Shown: in pieces, positions 31,568 through 32,000 of the stretch | How positions within the stretch are numbered: position 1 is the first letter of the stretch | Layout: each line of letters begins with the position of its first letter | NCBI GenBank assembly: GCA_943789275.1 | Contig: CALSTM010000002.1 | Location: forward strand, 720,001 to 752,000 | DNA: 32,000 nucleotides | Source of the DNA: Candidatus Poseidoniaceae archaeon | Lineage (GTDB): Archaea > Thermoplasmatota > Poseidoniia > Poseidoniales > Poseidoniaceae | Direction: 5' to 3' | The notes under the pieces: generated by a model | Database searches by the model: none | The model's input: the letters and a program-made list of their open reading frames with translations, nothing else | Told to the model about the DNA's origin: nothing | Program-made: the position numbers and the translations under genes

Positions 31568-32000
31568 TCAGTCAACTCGGGTTCGACCTACAAATGCCGA
31601 TGCAGAGAGTATGCCCAACATGGTAAGAGCGACACTAAGGCTCGGGAGAGAATCCGCATCGGGTTCAATGGGTTCAGGTTCCACGACGAGGTTTTCCTCG
31701 CATGGAATCCAGTGACCGTCAATTCCTGGCTCTCCAGCTCCGGTAATTCCACCGGCTTCAGAGATGTAAAGCAATCCAGAATTTGCTGGCCATTCGACGA
31801 CATAGTTGCCAGAATAGAAGGAGATCGTATCATCCCATACGGGCTGTCCATTTGCCACCCATGTGGTCTTACAAGGGCAAGCATATGGCGTCCAAAATTC
31901 GTAGGCTTGGTCTTCGCCAGGTGCAGTTGAGACCATACCATTTGGATCAACTTGAGTCACCTGATAATACATGCCTGAGTTGGCTGGATATTGGTAAATA
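31568..32000 (-). CDS. C-terminal part of a larger secreted or surface protein with a C-terminal TM anchor. The 5' end lies beyond the window edge.
   Basis: The frame stays open upstream of the track's Met to base 32000 (IYQYPANSG-M...). An internal repeat is visible (YPANSG / WPANSG). An acidic linker EPEPIEPDAD is followed by LPSLSVALTMLGILSASAFVGRTRVD. Confidence 0.55.
   Translation of the reverse strand, partial: IYQYPANSGMYYQVTQVDPNGMVSTAPGEDQAYEFWTPYACPCKTTWVANGQPVWDDTISFYSGNYVVEWPANSGLLYISEAGGITGAGEPGIDGHWIPCEENLVVEPEPIEPDADSLPSLSVALTMLGILSASAFVGRTRVD

Noticed and set aside
1-32000. I looked for CRISPR arrays, long direct or inverted repeats, integrase or transposase genes, tRNA-flanked islands and toxin-antitoxin-sized gene pairs.
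   Set aside because: I could see no repeat-spacer periodicity, no recombinase or transposase motifs and no tRNA or rRNA. Only short microsatellite-like runs appear, such as (CTTT)3 at 20497..20508 and a duplicated cttcttcga in the acidic tail at about 9222..9245. A computational repeat search could still find things that I cannot detect by eye.

Overview
This is a gene-dense 32-kb window (about 95% coding, 23 protein genes). I saw no rRNA, tRNA, CRISPR array, transposase or integrase. All family calls rest on motifs read by eye; no homology search was possible.

**Likely origin.** The window reads as an archaeal chromosome segment. It carries archaea-type GatE, two Pth2 peptidyl-tRNA hydrolases, a TFB-type zinc-ribbon factor, a RaSEA-like radical SAM enzyme and a Ygr210/YchF-type GTPase. 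Shine-Dalgarno sites are GGTGA/GGAGGTGA, and TTTAWATA boxes are present. It is probably an uncultured marine euryarchaeote, but I cannot verify the taxonomy.

**Housekeeping content.**
- A compact pabC / fused pabB-pabA module.
- Phosphatidylserine (archaetidylserine) decarboxylase.
- Proline iminopeptidase.
- A SAM-dependent methyltransferase.
- Threonine aldolase.

**Items worth a second look.**
1. A translationally coupled, bacterial-style AddB-AddA helicase-nuclease pair (8.8 kb). Both subunits carry RecB-type nuclease motifs and Cas4/AddB-like cysteine clusters.
2. A divergent 399-aa TFB paralogue transcribed divergently from that pair, across a 278-bp control region. The region holds two TATA boxes, palindromes, a stem-closed 5' leader and a 7-codon SD-driven leader ORF whose stop overlaps the AddB-like start codon.
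3. A 783-aa Arg/His/Trp-rich orphan with an N-terminal zinc ribbon, a central PD-(D/E)XK-like D-x13-E-x-K signature and an apparent leaderless promoter.
4. A roughly 14-TM membrane protein ending in two canonical EF-hand loops, with a small membrane partner.
5. A secreted PQQ-type beta-propeller fused through two TM helices to a transcobalamin-like (DUF4430-like) domain, next to an ECF S-component-like membrane protein. This is a candidate corrinoid or vitamin capture module.
6. Tandem Pth2 paralogues in the same co-directional gene run as GatE.
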